Assembly: GCA_028826165.1 (NCBI GenBank)
Contig: JAPDFW010000086.1
Span: forward strand, 124,001 to 188,000
DNA: 64,000 bases
Direction of reading: 5' to 3'
Source: Anaeramoeba ignava BMAN
Lineage: Eukaryota > Protista > Anaeramoebae
Positions 12,425 through 25,058 of the stretch are shown one piece after another (within the stretch, counting starts at the first letter, position 1; every line of letters begins with the position of its first letter). The position numbers and the translations under genes were made by a program. The notes under the pieces are model-generated. The model had not been told where the DNA came from. It worked only from the letters and a program-made list of their open reading frames with translations, and did not search any database.

Positions 12425-14182
12425 ATGAATGATTGTTTATTTTTTGGAAGAAATGAATTACCAAAACTTATCAAAAATGAACCAAAAAAAATAATAAAAC
12501 CAATTCAATTTAAATTTAAAAATGAAAATGAAAAACAAATTAAACAAATTTCATCAGGTTTTTTTTCAACAATTTTCCTTTTTGAAAATGGAAAAGCAAT
12601 AGAATATTTAAAAGAAAAAGATTCAAAAAAAAATCCTCGAAAAATCCAAATTGAAGAAAATATTCAAAAAGTAAGTGTTGGTGTTCAAAATGAAGCTATT
12701 TTAACAAAAGAAGGAAATGTATTTGCCAAAGGAAATATTATCAATCCAAATAATCCAAATGAATTTATCAATATTTCATCATTAATTGAAGATACAAATG
12801 ATAGAATAATTCAAGATATTGTTTCTGGAGCTCAATCAATTTATTTATTAACTTCAAATCAAAATCTTTATGGAATTGGTTCAAATGTATTTGGTCAACT
12901 TGGTTTTGATCCTGAAACACTTGAAAGAACAGAAAAAACAATTTTAATGATGAAAAATGTTTCTAAAATATTTTCAGGAAATACTTCAAATCATGTTTTT
13001 CTTTTGGATCCAAATCAAGAATTATTTGGATGCGGATATAATGGATATGATCAACTTGGATTAGGAGAATCAAGAAAAGAAGTAAAAATCAGAAAATTAA
13101 CCAAAATCCAAAATATTCCAAAAGGTAAAATAATTGATATTCAATGTGGAGATGATTATTCAATAATGTTGATTGAAAATGAAAATCAAAATGAAAATCC
13201 AAAAAGAAAACTTTATTCATGTGGAGATCGGTATTATAATGGACTTGGCAAATATCAAAATACTTATGAATTTACTGAAATCAAATCATCTTTATTTGAA
13301 AATGATGATAATATTCTTGATTTTTCTGTTGGAAATCTTCATACTTTGATTTTAACTTCAAATTCAAAATTAATTGGATTTGGAGATAATTCTTATGGCC
13401 AATTAGGAACTGGAGATATAAGCAATTTGGAAAAAATTCCAATTCAAATTAAACTTCCTAAATTAAGATTTAATGAAGATATTTCTAATTATCATATTTC
13501 TTGTGGTTATCGAAAATCATTTCTTTATTATTCTCTTTCTTTTTCCAATCTTGAAGAAGATTTGATAAAATTATTTGAAAGAAAAGAATTTTGTGATATT
13601 TCATTTAAAACCAAAAATGGAGAAATAATTGAAGCTCATAAATTAATATTGAAATATAAATTAAATCAAAATGAAAATCAAAATCAAATTGAAAAACTTC
13701 AAGAAATTATTTCAAAAAAATCAATTAAAGAATCAAATCAAATATTTGAAATGATTTATTCAAACAGAATAATAAATCCAAAATTATATTCTGAAATTAA
13801 AGAAATTATAAATTCAAATGAAAAAATTGAAGAAACAATGAAAAGAATTTATTTAAATGAAAATGAAAAAGATTTTATTATTGAAAGAAAAGAAAAACAA
13901 TATAAATTTCCTAAATTAATATTAATAATGAGAAGTGAATTATATCGAGGAATGTTTTTATCTGTAACTGAAGATAAATCAAATAAAGTTACAGATTATA
14001 GTGAATTAAGTAATAAATCATTTCAAATATTTGAATATTGGATTTATTCAAATCAAATTAAAGATGAAATTCAAATTACACAAGAAATTATTGATGAAAT
14101 TCAAATTGGAATTGATTATTTTCAATTAAATCAAACATATCCAAATTTATTTGATTTATTAATTAACAAATTTAATAATTAA
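12425..14182 (+). CDS. RCC1-BTB copy C (intact)
   Basis: 585-aa ORF with RCC1 repeats and BTB region. Confidence 0.9.
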   Translation: MNDCLFFGRNELPKLIKNEPKKIIKPIQFKFKNENEKQIKQISSGFFSTIFLFENGKAIEYLKEKDSKKNPRKIQIEENIQKVSVGVQNEAILTKEGNVFAKGNIINPNNPNEFINISSLIEDTNDRIIQDIVSGAQSIYLLTSNQNLYGIGSNVFGQLGFDPETLERTEKTILMMKNVSKIFSGNTSNHVFLLDPNQELFGCGYNGYDQLGLGESRKEVKIRKLTKIQNIPKGKIIDIQCGDDYSIMLIENENQNENPKRKLYSCGDRYYNGLGKYQNTYEFTEIKSSLFENDDNILDFSVGNLHTLILTSNSKLIGFGDNSYGQLGTGDISNLEKIPIQIKLPKLRFNEDISNYHISCGYRKSFLYYSLSFSNLEEDLIKLFERKEFCDISFKTKNGEIIEAHKLILKYKLNQNENQNQIEKLQEIISKKSIKESNQIFEMIYSNRIINPKLYSEIKEIINSNEKIEETMKRIYLNENEKDFIIERKEKQYKFPKLILIMRSELYRGMFLSVTEDKSNKVTDYSELSNKSFQIFEYWIYSNQIKDEIQITQEIIDEIQIGIDYFQLNQTYPNLFDLLINKFNN

Positions 14183-14379
14183 AATCAAAATTAAAATTAA
14201 AATTAAATTTAAAATTAAAATTAAAATTAAAATTAAAATTAAAATTAAAATCAAAATCAAAATTAAAATCAAAATTTAAATTAAAATTAAAATTAAAATT
14301 CAAATCAAAATTAAAAATAAAATTAAAATCCAAAAATTAATTTTCATTTTTTTCATTTTCAAAATAATAAAAAAAGAAA

Positions 14380-16213
14380 ATGAATGAAATTTTATTTTTT
14401 GGTTCAAATAAAGAACCAAAAATTATCAAAAATCCACCATTTATAGAAATAAAAGAACCAACTCAATTTAAATTTGAAAATGAAAATGAAAATGAAAATG
14501 AAAAACAAATTAAACAAATTTCATCAAGTTCCTTTTCAACAATTTTCCTTTTTGAAAATGGAAAAGCAATAGAATATTTAAGAGAAAAAGATTCAAATCA
14601 AAATCCTGAAAAAATCCAAATTGAAAATATTCAAAAAGTAACTGTTGGTTATGATAATGAAGCTATTTTAACAATAGAAGGAAATGTATTTGCAAAAGGA
14701 GAAGATATTAATCCAAAAAATCCAAATGAATTTATCAATATTTCATCATTAATTGAAGATACAAATGATAGAATAATTCAAGATATTGTTTCTGGAGCTT
14801 ATTCAATTTACTTATTAACTTCAAATCAAAATGTTTATGGAATTGGTTTAAATCATTATGGTCAACTTGGTTTTGATTCTAAAACACTTCAAAAAACAGA
14901 AAAACCAATTTTAATGATGAAAAATGTTTCTAAAATATTTTCAGGAAATTTTCCAGTTCATGTTTTTCTTTTAAATTCAAATCAAGAGTTATTTGGATGC
15001 GGATGGAGTGAACATGGTCAACTTGGATTAGGAGAATCAAGAAAAGAAATAAAAATACAAAAATTAACCAAAATCCAAAATATTCCAAAAAGCAAAATAA
15101 TCGATATTCAATGTGGATTATTTCATTCAATAATGTTGATTGAAAATCAAAATCAAAATCCAAAAAGAAAACTTTATTCATGTGGATATTGGATATATAA
15201 TGGATTTGGCAAATATCAAGATACCTATGAATTTACTGAAATCGAATCATCTTTATTTGAAAATGATGATGATATTCTTGATATTTCTGTTGGAAATGAG
15301 CATACTTTGATTTTAACTTCAAATTCAAAATTAATAGTATTTGGATATAATTATTCTGGTCAATTAGGAACTGGAGATACAAAACATCAACTAATTCCAA
15401 TTCAAATTGAACTTCCTAAATTAAGATTTAATGAAGATATTTCTAATTATCATATTTCTTGTGGATATGACAAATCATTTCTTTATTATTCTCCTTTTCT
15501 TTCTCCTTTTTCTAATCTTGAAGAAGATTTGATAAAACTATTTAGAAGAAAAGAATTTTGTGATATTTCATTTAAAACCAAAAATGGAGAAATAATTGAA
15601 GCTCATAAATTAATATTGAAATATAGATTAAATCAAAATCAAAATGAAATTGGAAAACTTCAAGAAATTATTTCAAAAATCAATTAAAGAATCAAATCAA
15701 ATATTTGAAATGATTTATTCAAACAGAATAATAAATCCAAAATTATATTCAGAAATTAAAGAAATTATAAATTCAAATGAAAAAATTGAAGAAACAATGA
15801 AAAGAATTTATTTAAATGAAAATGAAAATGAAAATGAAAAAGATTTTATTATTGAAAGAAAAGAAAAGAAATATAAATTTCCAAAATTAATATTAATAAT
15901 GAGAAGTGAATTATATCGAGGAATGTTTTTATCTGTAACTGAAGATAAATCTAATAAAGTTACAGATTATAGTGAATTAAGTAATAAATCATTTCAAATA
16001 TTTGAATATTGGATTTATTCAAATCAAATTAAAGATGAAATTCAAATTACACAAGAAATAATTGATGAAATTGAAACAGGAATTGATTATTTTCAATTAA
16101 ATCAAACAAATCCAAATTTATTTGATTTATTAATTAATAAATTTAATAATCAAAATCACGATCAAAAAAAGAAAAGAAAACCTTTTTTAGAAAAAGAAAG
16201 ATTCAGAAAATAA
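14380..16213 (+). CDS. RCC1-BTB copy D (one frameshift near 15675)
   Basis: The two ORFs join at the poly-A run in IISKKSIKE. Confidence 0.85.
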
Positions 16214-16860
16214 AATTAAAATTAAAATTAAATTTTAAATTAAAATTAAAATTAAAATTAAAATCAAAATCAAAATCAAAATCAAAATTAAAATTAAAAT
16301 TAAAATCAAAATTTAAATCAAAATTAAAATTAAAATCAAAATTATAATTAAAATTAAAATTAAAATCAAAATTAAAATTAAAATTAAAATTAAAATTAAA
16401 ATTAAAATTAAAATTAAAATTAAAATTAAAAATTAAAATTAAAATTAAAATCAAAATCAAAATTAAAATTAAAATTAAAATTAAAATTAAAATTAAAATT
16501 AAAATTAAAATTAAAATCAAAATCAAAATCAAAATTAAAATTAAAATTAAAATTAAAATCAAAATTAAAATTAAAATCAAAATTAAAATTAAAATTAAAA
16601 TTAAAATTAAAATTAAAATTAAAATTAAAATTAAAATTAAAATTAAAATTAAAATCAAAATTAAAATTAAAATTAAAATTAAAATCAAAATCAAAATCAA
16701 AATTAAAATCAAAATTAAAATTAAAATTAAAATTAAAATTAAAATTAAAATTAAAATTAAAATTAAAATTTAAAATTAAAATTAAAATTAAAATTAAAAT
16801 CAAAATTAAAATTTAAAATTAAAATTAAAATCAAAATTAAAATCAAAAATTAAAATTAAA
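16214..16860. repeat. (AAAATT/AAAATC)n microsatellite; similar tracts at 1745-1900, 3460-3870 (intronic), 6180-6420, 8195-8470, 14180-14330, 18715-18950, 53675-53970, 55830-56600, 58460-58600
   Basis: Direct hexamer periodicity. Confidence 0.95.
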
Positions 16861-16892
16861 ATTTCATTTTTCATTTTTTTTCTTTTTCAAAA

Positions 16893-18716
16893 ATGAATGA
16901 TTGTTTATTTTTTGGTGAAAATGAAAATCCAAAACTTATTAAAAATGAACCAAATGAAATAACAAAACCAATTCAATTTAAATTTGAAAATGAAAATGAA
17001 AATGAAAATGAAAAACAAATTAAACAAATTTCAACAGGTTATTTTTCAACAATTTTCCTTTTTGAAAATGGAAAAGCAATAGAATATTTATTTGATTCAA
17101 AACAAAAACCTGAAAAAATCCAAATTGAAGAAAATATTCAAAAAGTAACTGTTGGTGGAAACAATGAAGCTATTTTAACAATAGAAGGAAATGTATTTGC
17201 CAAAGGATATGATATTAATCCAAAACATCCAGATAAATTTATCAATATTTCATCATTAATTGAAGATACAAATGATAGAATAATTGAAGATATTGTTTCT
17301 GGATACAATTCAATTTATTTATTAACTTCAAATCAAAATGTTTATGGAATTGGTGATAATTCATGTGGTCAACTTGGTTTTGATTCTAAAACACTTCCAG
17401 AAACAGAAAAACCAATTTTAATGATGAAAAATGTTTCTAAAATATTTTCAGGAAATGCTTCATATTTTGTTTTTCTTTTAAATTCAAATCAAGAATTATT
17501 TGGATGCGGAAATAATGAATATGGTAAACTTGGATTAGGAGAATCAAGAAGAAAAGAATGGAAAATCGAAAAATTAACCAAAATACAAAATATTCCAAAA
17601 GGTAAAATAATTGATATTCAATGTGGATGGTTTCATTCAATAATATTGATTGAAAATGAAAATGAAAATCCAAAAAGAAAACTTTATTCATGTGGATATT
17701 ATCCATTTAATGGACTTGGAAAAGATCAAGATGAAAATACTTATGAATTTACTGAAATCAAATCATCTTTATTTGAAAATGATAATATTCTTGAAATTTC
17801 TTGTGGATATGCTCATATTTTGATTTTAACTTCTAATTCAAAATTAATTGGATTTGGAGATAATGAAGATGGTCAATTAGAAACTGAAGATACAGAACCA
17901 CAATCAATTCTTATTCAAATTGAACTTCCTAAATTAAGATTTAATGAAGATATTTCTAATTATCATCTTTCTTGTTGTTCTTATCATTCATTTCTTTATT
18001 ATTCTCCTCCTTCTTTTTCCAATCTTGAAGAAGATTTGATAAAACTATTTAGAAGAAAAGAATTTTGTGATATTTCATTTAAAACCGAAAATGGAGAAAT
18101 AATTGAAGCTCATAAATTAATATTGAAATATAGATTAAATCAAAATCAAAATGAAATTGAAAAACTTCAAGAAATTATTTCAAATAAATCAATTAAAGAA
18201 TCAAATCAAATATTTGAAATGATTTATTCAAACAGAATAATAAATCCAAAATTATATTCTGAAATTAAAGAAATTATAAATTCAAATGAAAAAATTGAAG
18301 AAACAATAAAAAGAATTTATTTAAATGAAAATGAAAACGAAAAAGATTTTATTATTGAAAGAAAAGAAAAACAATATAAATTTCCTAAATTAATATTAAT
18401 AATGAGAAGTGAATTATATCGAGGAATGTTTTTATCTGTAACTGAAGATAAATCAAATAAAGTTACAGATTATAGTGAATTAAGTAATAAATCATTTCAA
18501 ATATTTGAATATTGGATTTATTCAAATCAAATTAAAGATGGAATTCAAATTACACAAGAAATAATTGATGAATTAGAAAGAGGAATTGATTATTTTCAAT
18601 TAAATCAAACAAATCCAAATTTATTTGATTTATTAATTAACAAATTTAATAATCAAAATCACGATCAAAAAAAGAAAAGAAAACCTTTTTTAGAAAAAGA
18701 AAGATTCAGAAAATAA
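16893..18716 (+). CDS. RCC1-BTB copy E (intact)
   Basis: 607-aa ORF, same architecture. Confidence 0.9.
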   Translation: MNDCLFFGENENPKLIKNEPNEITKPIQFKFENENENENEKQIKQISTGYFSTIFLFENGKAIEYLFDSKQKPEKIQIEENIQKVTVGGNNEAILTIEGNVFAKGYDINPKHPDKFINISSLIEDTNDRIIEDIVSGYNSIYLLTSNQNVYGIGDNSCGQLGFDSKTLPETEKPILMMKNVSKIFSGNASYFVFLLNSNQELFGCGNNEYGKLGLGESRRKEWKIEKLTKIQNIPKGKIIDIQCGWFHSIILIENENENPKRKLYSCGYYPFNGLGKDQDENTYEFTEIKSSLFENDNILEISCGYAHILILTSNSKLIGFGDNEDGQLETEDTEPQSILIQIELPKLRFNEDISNYHLSCCSYHSFLYYSPPSFSNLEEDLIKLFRRKEFCDISFKTENGEIIEAHKLILKYRLNQNQNEIEKLQEIISNKSIKESNQIFEMIYSNRIINPKLYSEIKEIINSNEKIEETIKRIYLNENENEKDFIIERKEKQYKFPKLILIMRSELYRGMFLSVTEDKSNKVTDYSELSNKSFQIFEYWIYSNQIKDGIQITQEIIDELERGIDYFQLNQTNPNLFDLLINKFNNQNHDQKKKRKPFLEKERFRK

Positions 18717-19053
18717 AATTAAATTTTAAATTAAAATTAAAATTAAAATTAAAATCAAAATCAAAATCAAAATCAAAATTAAAATTAAAATCAAAATCAA
18801 AATTTAAATTAAAATTAAAATTAAATTTAAAATTAAAATTAAAATTAAAATTAAAATTAAAATTAAAATTAAAATTAAAATCAAAATTAAAATTAAAATT
18901 AAAATTAAAATTAAAAATTAAAATTAAAATTAAAATTAAAATTAAAATCCAAATTTATTTCAAATCCAAATTAAAAAAAAAGAAGAAAAATTTTTTTTTG
19001 CTTTTCATTTTTCATTTTTTTTCTCACTTTAAGAAAGAAAAAAACAAAAAAAA

Positions 19054-19959
19054 ATGAAAGTCTTTTTAACAGGAGGAACAGGATATATTGGAGGAGCAGT
19101 ACTTGAAAAATTAATTGCCAACAAACACGAAGTGACTGTGTTATCAAGAACAGAAGAAAAAGCACAAAAAGCAAAAGAATTAGGAGCAAAAATAATTTTA
19201 GGGGATATAACGGAAACAGAAAAACTAAAAGAACTTGCAACAGGATATGATGCAATTATCCACACAGCTTTTGCATTTCTTCAAGAAGGAGCTGATAAAG
19301 TGAATTTGCAAGTGATGCAAGCATTAATTGATGCAGGCAAAAAAAATGAAAAACCTTGTATTGCAGTTTTTACTTCAAGTCTTTGGGCACTTGGTAATAC
19401 AGAAGGAGAGGAAATTGCAGATGAAGACACAACTTCTCACGATCCAGTTGGGCTCTTTTTGTGGAGAAGAGAACACGAGAAAATTGCACTTGAACAGGCA
19501 AATGATAATTTCAAAGTTGCCATTTTGAGACCTGGTTGGGTTTATGGAAAAAAGGGGGGATTTGTCTCTTTTTATTGGAATGTTTGTGAAAAAGAAAAAA
19601 CTGTTTACTATCTTGGTGATGGAAATGGCTTGTTTTGTACCATTCATGTTGATGATATTGCGGATTTGTTTGTCACAATCATCGAGAAAAAAGCAACAGG
19701 TATTTTTCATGGAATTGATGGAAAACCCAATAAAGTTATTGATATAGCAAATATTTCTGCTGATATTTTGGGTATTTCAAAAGAAAACATCAAATCTTTG
19801 CCTCTTCAAGATGCTGCTAATAAATTTGGTCCTTTAGCTTTTGGAATGTCTGTTTTTCAGAGAGCTATTGCTAAACGTTCTTTGGAATTGGGTTGGAAAC
19901 CTACACGTCCTTCATTTCCTGAAAGTGCGAAAAGTGCTTATGATGAATTAAAGAAATGA
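19054..19959 (+). CDS. NAD-dependent epimerase/dehydratase (atypical SDR)
   Basis: MKVFLTGGTGYIG Rossmann motif, ILRPGWVYG, IHVDDIA. Intronless. Confidence 0.9.
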   Translation: MKVFLTGGTGYIGGAVLEKLIANKHEVTVLSRTEEKAQKAKELGAKIILGDITETEKLKELATGYDAIIHTAFAFLQEGADKVNLQVMQALIDAGKKNEKPCIAVFTSSLWALGNTEGEEIADEDTTSHDPVGLFLWRREHEKIALEQANDNFKVAILRPGWVYGKKGGFVSFYWNVCEKEKTVYYLGDGNGLFCTIHVDDIADLFVTIIEKKATGIFHGIDGKPNKVIDIANISADILGISKENIKSLPLQDAANKFGPLAFGMSVFQRAIAKRSLELGWKPTRPSFPESAKSAYDELKK

Positions 19960-20353
19960 GAATGGGAATTAATTTCCAAATCAAATTCAAAATCAATTTC
20001 CAAATCAATTTCCAAATCAATTTCAAAATCAAATTCAAAATCAATTTTAATTTCAATTTCCAAATCAATTTCAAAATCAATTTCAAATTCAATTTCAATT
20101 TCCAAATCAATTTCCAATCAAAATCTAAATCAATTTCAATTTCAATTTCAATTTTAATTTCAATTTCAATTTCCAAATCAATTTCAATTTCCAAATCAAT
20201 TTCAAATTCAATTTTAATTTCAATTTTAATTTCAATTTCAAAATCAATTTCAAAATCAATTTCAAAATCAAATTCAAAATAAAAGAAACGAATTCAATTT
20301 TTTTCATTTTTTTCATTTTTCATTTTTCATTTTTCTAATTCTATTTCTTTTTA

Positions 20354-20752
20354 ATGGTAATTATAATTAATTTCCAAAACATTTCTTTATAAAAAACTAA
20401 ATAAAAAAAAATAAAAAAATTAATTAAAAAAAATAAAAAGTTATTCTATCAACTTTTTAAATCATTAATTGGACAAACAATTACAATAGAATTAAAAAAT
20501 GATATTATGATAACAGGAAAATTAATTTCTGTTGATCAATTTTTAAATTTAAAGTTATCAGATGTTCAAGGAACTGATCCAAAAAAAAATCCAATTCTTT
20601 CTTCTTTAAAAACTTGTTTTATAAGAGGAAATGTTATTCGTTATGTTCTTCTTCCTCAAGACCAAATCGATACTCAATTATTAAAAGAATCTGCTATAAA
20701 AGAAGCTGCGAAAATAAAAGAAGAAGAAAGAAAAATGCAAAATAGAAAATAA
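20354..20752 (+). CDS. LSM2: U6 snRNA-associated Sm-like protein LSm2
   Basis: ATG 20354-20356, intron 20357-20440, then LFYQLFKSLIGQTITIELKND...SVDQFLNLKL...CFIRGNVIRYV. Confidence 0.9.
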
Positions 20753-20799
20753 ATCAATTTAATCACAAAAAAAAATAGAAAAAAATTTATTTCTTGTTT

Positions 20800-21680
20800 T
20801 TTTTCCAAAATTTTTAATAAAAAAATATAAAAAATAAGAATAGATTTAATTTAATATTTAATTTATAAATTAATTTAAAAATATAATTTAATATTTAATT
20901 TTATGTTTAAAATATTAATTTATTGTTTTAGATGCAAATATTTTATTATTTAAAAATAGTTTAATAAAAAATATAAAAAATAAGAATAGATTTAATTTAA
21001 TATTTAATTTATAAATTAATTTAAAAATATAATTTAATATTTAATTTTATGTTTAAAATAATAATTTATTGTTTTTTTAGATTTAAATATTTTATTATTT
21101 AAAAATATGTTTAATAAAAATATAAAAATAAGAATAGGTTTAATTTAATATTTAATTTATAAATTAATTTAAAAATATAATTTAATATTTAATTTTATGT
21201 TTAAAATATTAATTTATTGTTTTAGATTTAAATATTTTATTATTTAAAAATAGTTTAATAAAAATATAAAAATAAGAATAGATTTAATTTAATATTTAAT
21301 TTATAAATTAATTTAAAAATATAATTTAATATTTAATTTTATTATTTTAAAATATTAATTTTATGTTTTAGATTTAAATATTTTATTATTAAAAATTTTT
21401 TAATAAAAAAATATAAAAATAAGAATAGGTTTAATATTTAATTTGTAAATTGATTTAAAAATATAATTTAATAATTAATTTTATGTTTAAAATAATAATT
21501 TATTGTTTTAGATTTAAATATTTTATTATTAAAAATTGTTTAATAAAAAATATAAAAAATAAGAATAGATTTAATTTAATATTTAATTTATAAATTAATT
21601 TAAAAATATAATTTAATATTTAATTTTATGTTTAAAATATTAATTTATTGTTTTATATGTAAATATTTTATTATTAAAAT
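20800..21680. repeat. ~146-bp minisatellite, about 6 copies
   Basis: TAAGAATAG recurs at 20835, 20981, 21129, 21273, 21420 and 21560. Confidence 0.9.
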
Positions 21681-21769
21681 TTGTTCCAAATTTGAAGAAA
21701 GAAAAATCAAATTCAGAATTTTTTTTTTCATTTTTTTTCTCAATTTTGATTAAAAAAATATAAATTAAA

Positions 21770-22891
21770 ATGTCAAATATTGATAAAGTTAAAGTAGTAG
21801 TTATTGATAATGGCACATGTTGGATAAAAGCAGGATTTGCAGGAGATGATGCACCAAGAGCAGTTTTTCCATCAATAGTTGGAAGACCAAGAACTACCCA
21901 AATTATGTTAACAGATAATTATATTGGAGATGAACCACGACCCAAAAGAGCAATATTAACATTAAAATATCCAATAGAACGTGGAATAATAACAAATTGG
22001 GATGATATGGAAAAAATTTGGCATCATACTTTTTATAATGAATTAAGAGTTGCTCCTGAAGAACATCAAGTCTTATTAACTGAAGTTCCATTGAATCCAA
22101 AAGAAAACAGAGAGAAAATGACTCAAATCATGTTTGAAACATTTAATACTCCAGGAATTTATGTTGCTATTCAAGAAGTTTTATCACTTTATGCTTCAGG
22201 AAGAACAACAGGAATAGTTGTTGAAACTGGTGATGGTGTTTCTTATATTGTTCCTATTTATGAAGGATATGATTTGCCTAATTCAACTATAAGAATTGAT
22301 TTAGCTGGAAGAGATTTAACTGATTATTTAATGAAAATTTTAACTGAAAAAGGATATTCATTTGTTACAACTGCTGAAAAAGAAATTGTTAGAGATGTTA
22401 AAGAAAAACTTTGTTATGTTGCTTTTGATTTTGATGAAGAATCAATTATTTCTACTGAATCTAATTCTATTAAAAAGAATTATGAATTATCTGATGGACA
22501 AATTATTAATATTGGAAATGAAAGATTTAGATGTCCAGAAGTCTTATTTCAACCTTCTTTCATTGGAATGGAACAACCAGGTATTCATGAAACAATTTAT
22601 AATTCAATTATGAAATGTGATGCTAATATTAGAAAAGATCTTTATGGAAATATTGTTTTATCAGGAGGAACTTCAATGTTTCCAAGATTTGAAGAAAGAA
22701 TTCAAAAAGAAATTATTAAATTAGCTCCTTTTGATATGAATGTTAAAGTGTTTTCACCTCCTGAAAGAAAATATTTAGCTTGGATTGGAGGATCAATTTT
22801 AGCTTCTCTTCGTACTTTCCAAAACATGTGGATTTCAAAAGAAGAATATGATGAAACAGGACCTTCTATTATTCACAGAAAAATTTTTTGA
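21770..22891 (+). CDS. ACT: Actin (divergent paralogue)
   Basis: [54 protein letters not shown]. Confidence 0.95.
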   Translation: MSNIDKVKVVVIDNGTCWIKAGFAGDDAPRAVFPSIVGRPRTTQIMLTDNYIGDEPRPKRAILTLKYPIERGIITNWDDMEKIWHHTFYNELRVAPEEHQVLLTEVPLNPKENREKMTQIMFETFNTPGIYVAIQEVLSLYASGRTTGIVVETGDGVSYIVPIYEGYDLPNSTIRIDLAGRDLTDYLMKILTEKGYSFVTTAEKEIVRDVKEKLCYVAFDFDEESIISTESNSIKKNYELSDGQIINIGNERFRCPEVLFQPSFIGMEQPGIHETIYNSIMKCDANIRKDLYGNIVLSGGTSMFPRFEERIQKEIIKLAPFDMNVKVFSPPERKYLAWIGGSILASLRTFQNMWISKEEYDETGPSIIHRKIF

Positions 22892-22949
22892 TTTCAAAAT
22901 CAAAATTAAAATTTTTTCATTTTTTTCTTTTCATTTTTTTATTTCTAAA

Positions 22950-24427
22950 ATGGAAAATTATTTAAATTTAGAAAAACTTTCAAATGATTTAAAAAATTTA
23001 TTTCAAAATCAAAATCAAAAATGAAAAAGAAGATGAAAGTTATTTTGATTTTGAAATAATTTGTGAACAAAATAAAACTTCATTTAAAACTCATAAATCA
23101 ATTCTTTCTTCAAGAAGTGAATATTTTAAATCTCTTTTTAAATCCAAAATGGAAGAATATCAAGAAAATAAATTAATTCTAAAAGATGTTTCAAGTTCAA
23201 TTCTATCTTCAATTTTGAATTATCTTTTATTCAGGAAAAATTGAAATTAATTTAGAAAATGCAATAGAAATTTTAATTTTTTCATCAAAATATTTAATTG
23301 ATGAATTAATTGAAACTTGTTTAAAATTTATCAAAAATAATTTAGAATTTGAAACTGTTGTTGATATTCTTAAATTATCTGATTTAATGAACTTAACTCA
23401 ATTAATAGATTATTCTTATCAATTTATTTTGGAGAATTTTGAAGAATTTATCAAAACTTCATTTTTTCTTGAACTTGAAGAAAATCATTTAAATTTAATT
23501 TTATTAAATGATTACCTTTTTATAAATGAATTTGAACTTTTCCAATCAATAATCAAATGGGGAAAACATAAATCAAATATTAATCAAGAAAAAGAAAATC
23601 AAAAACTTGAAAAAGAAGAAAAAGAAAAACTTCAAGATCAAATTTCAAATATTATTGATAAAATCAGATTTATTGATTTCTCAAATAAAGAACTTGCAGA
23701 TATTTTGAAAGAAGAATTAATTCCAAATGAAATTTCACAGCAATTAATTAAATTACTAATAATTAAAACTCAAGAAAATGAAAATGAATTAAATCAATTT
23801 ATCGAAAAACAAAATTCATTAATTTTCAAATCAAGAATGAAATTTAAGTCATCAACAATAATTCAAGAAAAAAAACAATTAAAGAAATTAGAAGAATGGA
23901 TAAATGACGATGAATTTTTGTTCAAAATGAAATTAGGATATTCAACTAAAAAAGATGGATTTGATTGTAAAAAATGGCATGATATTTGTGATAATAAAGG
24001 AAAAACATTAATTATTATCAAAACAAAAGATAATTATATTTTTGGAGGATTTACTTCAATTGGATTTATAAATGATAAATCAAAATGGAGAGAAAAAGAT
24101 AGAAGTAAAGAATATGGATATATTCCAGATTCAAATGCATTTATTTTCTCCTTAAGAAATGATAAAAATGATCGAAAACCTGAGAAATTTTCAATTCAAA
24201 AAGGAAAAGAACAATATGCTATTTGGTCCTATTCAACTTATGGTCCATGTTTTGCAGGAGGTCCTGATTTTCGAATCGAAACTAACCTTCAAAATGGATA
24301 TTCAAATTTTGGTCATACTTATAATCTACCTAATGGAATTGAATATGGAACAAATGAAGCTAGAAGTTATTTAGCTGGTTCTATCGATAAATGGAAAGTT
24401 CACGAACTGGAAACTTATTTTATTTAA
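22950..24427 (+). CDS. BTB-BACK-TLDc protein (frameshifts near 23020 and 23228)
   Basis: Start MENYLNLEKLSNDLKNLF is shared with the 45017 paralogue. TLDc motifs CDNKGKTL, IFGGFT, AFIFSL, YGPCFAGG. Confidence 0.8.
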
Positions 24428-24434
24428 AAATCTT

Positions 24435-24995
24435 TTTTTTTCCAAAATTTTTAATAAAAAATATAAAAAATGAGAATAGATTTAATTTAATATTCAATTT
24501 ATAAATTAATTTAAAAATATAATTTAATATTTAATTTTATGTTTAAAATATTAATTTATTGTTTTAGATTTAAATATTTTATTATTAAAAATTGTTTAAT
24601 AAAAAATATAAAAAATGAGAATAGATTTAATTTAATATTTAATTTATAAATTAATTTAAAAATATAATTTAATATTTAATTTTATGTTTAAAATATTAAT
24701 TTATTGTTTTAGATTTAAATATTTTATTATTAAAAATTGTTTATTAAAAAATATAAAAAATAAGAATAGATTTAATTTAATATTTAATTTATAAATTAAT
24801 TTAAAAATATAATTTAATAATTAATTTTATGTTTAAAACATTAATTTATTGTTTTAGATTTAAATATTTTATTATTAAAAATTGTTTAATAAAAAATATA
24901 AAAAATGAGAATAGATTTAATTTAATATTTAATTTATAAATTAATTTAAAATAATAATTTAATTTTTAATTTTATGTTTAAAATATTAATTTATT
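24435..24995. repeat. ~145-bp minisatellite, about 4 copies, same family as 20800-21680
   Basis: Units at 24471, 24616, 24761 and 24906. Confidence 0.9.
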
Positions 24996-25058
24996 TTTTA
25001 TTTTTAATTTTTTCATTTTTTTCATTTTTTCATTTTTCATTTTTCATTTTTTTTCTAA

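Noticed and set aside
16203-16803. ORFs of ILILIL/FNFNFN/KLKLKL type (also 3488, 6159, 28203, 32078, 50336, 55846, 60473-61502, 62547)
   Set aside because: Translations of hexamer microsatellites, or the antisense of coding repeats; not genes.
20800-24995. CRISPR-like array or LTR pair
   Set aside because: Contiguous tandem units with no unique spacers, no cas or gag-pol genes and no TG...CA ends.
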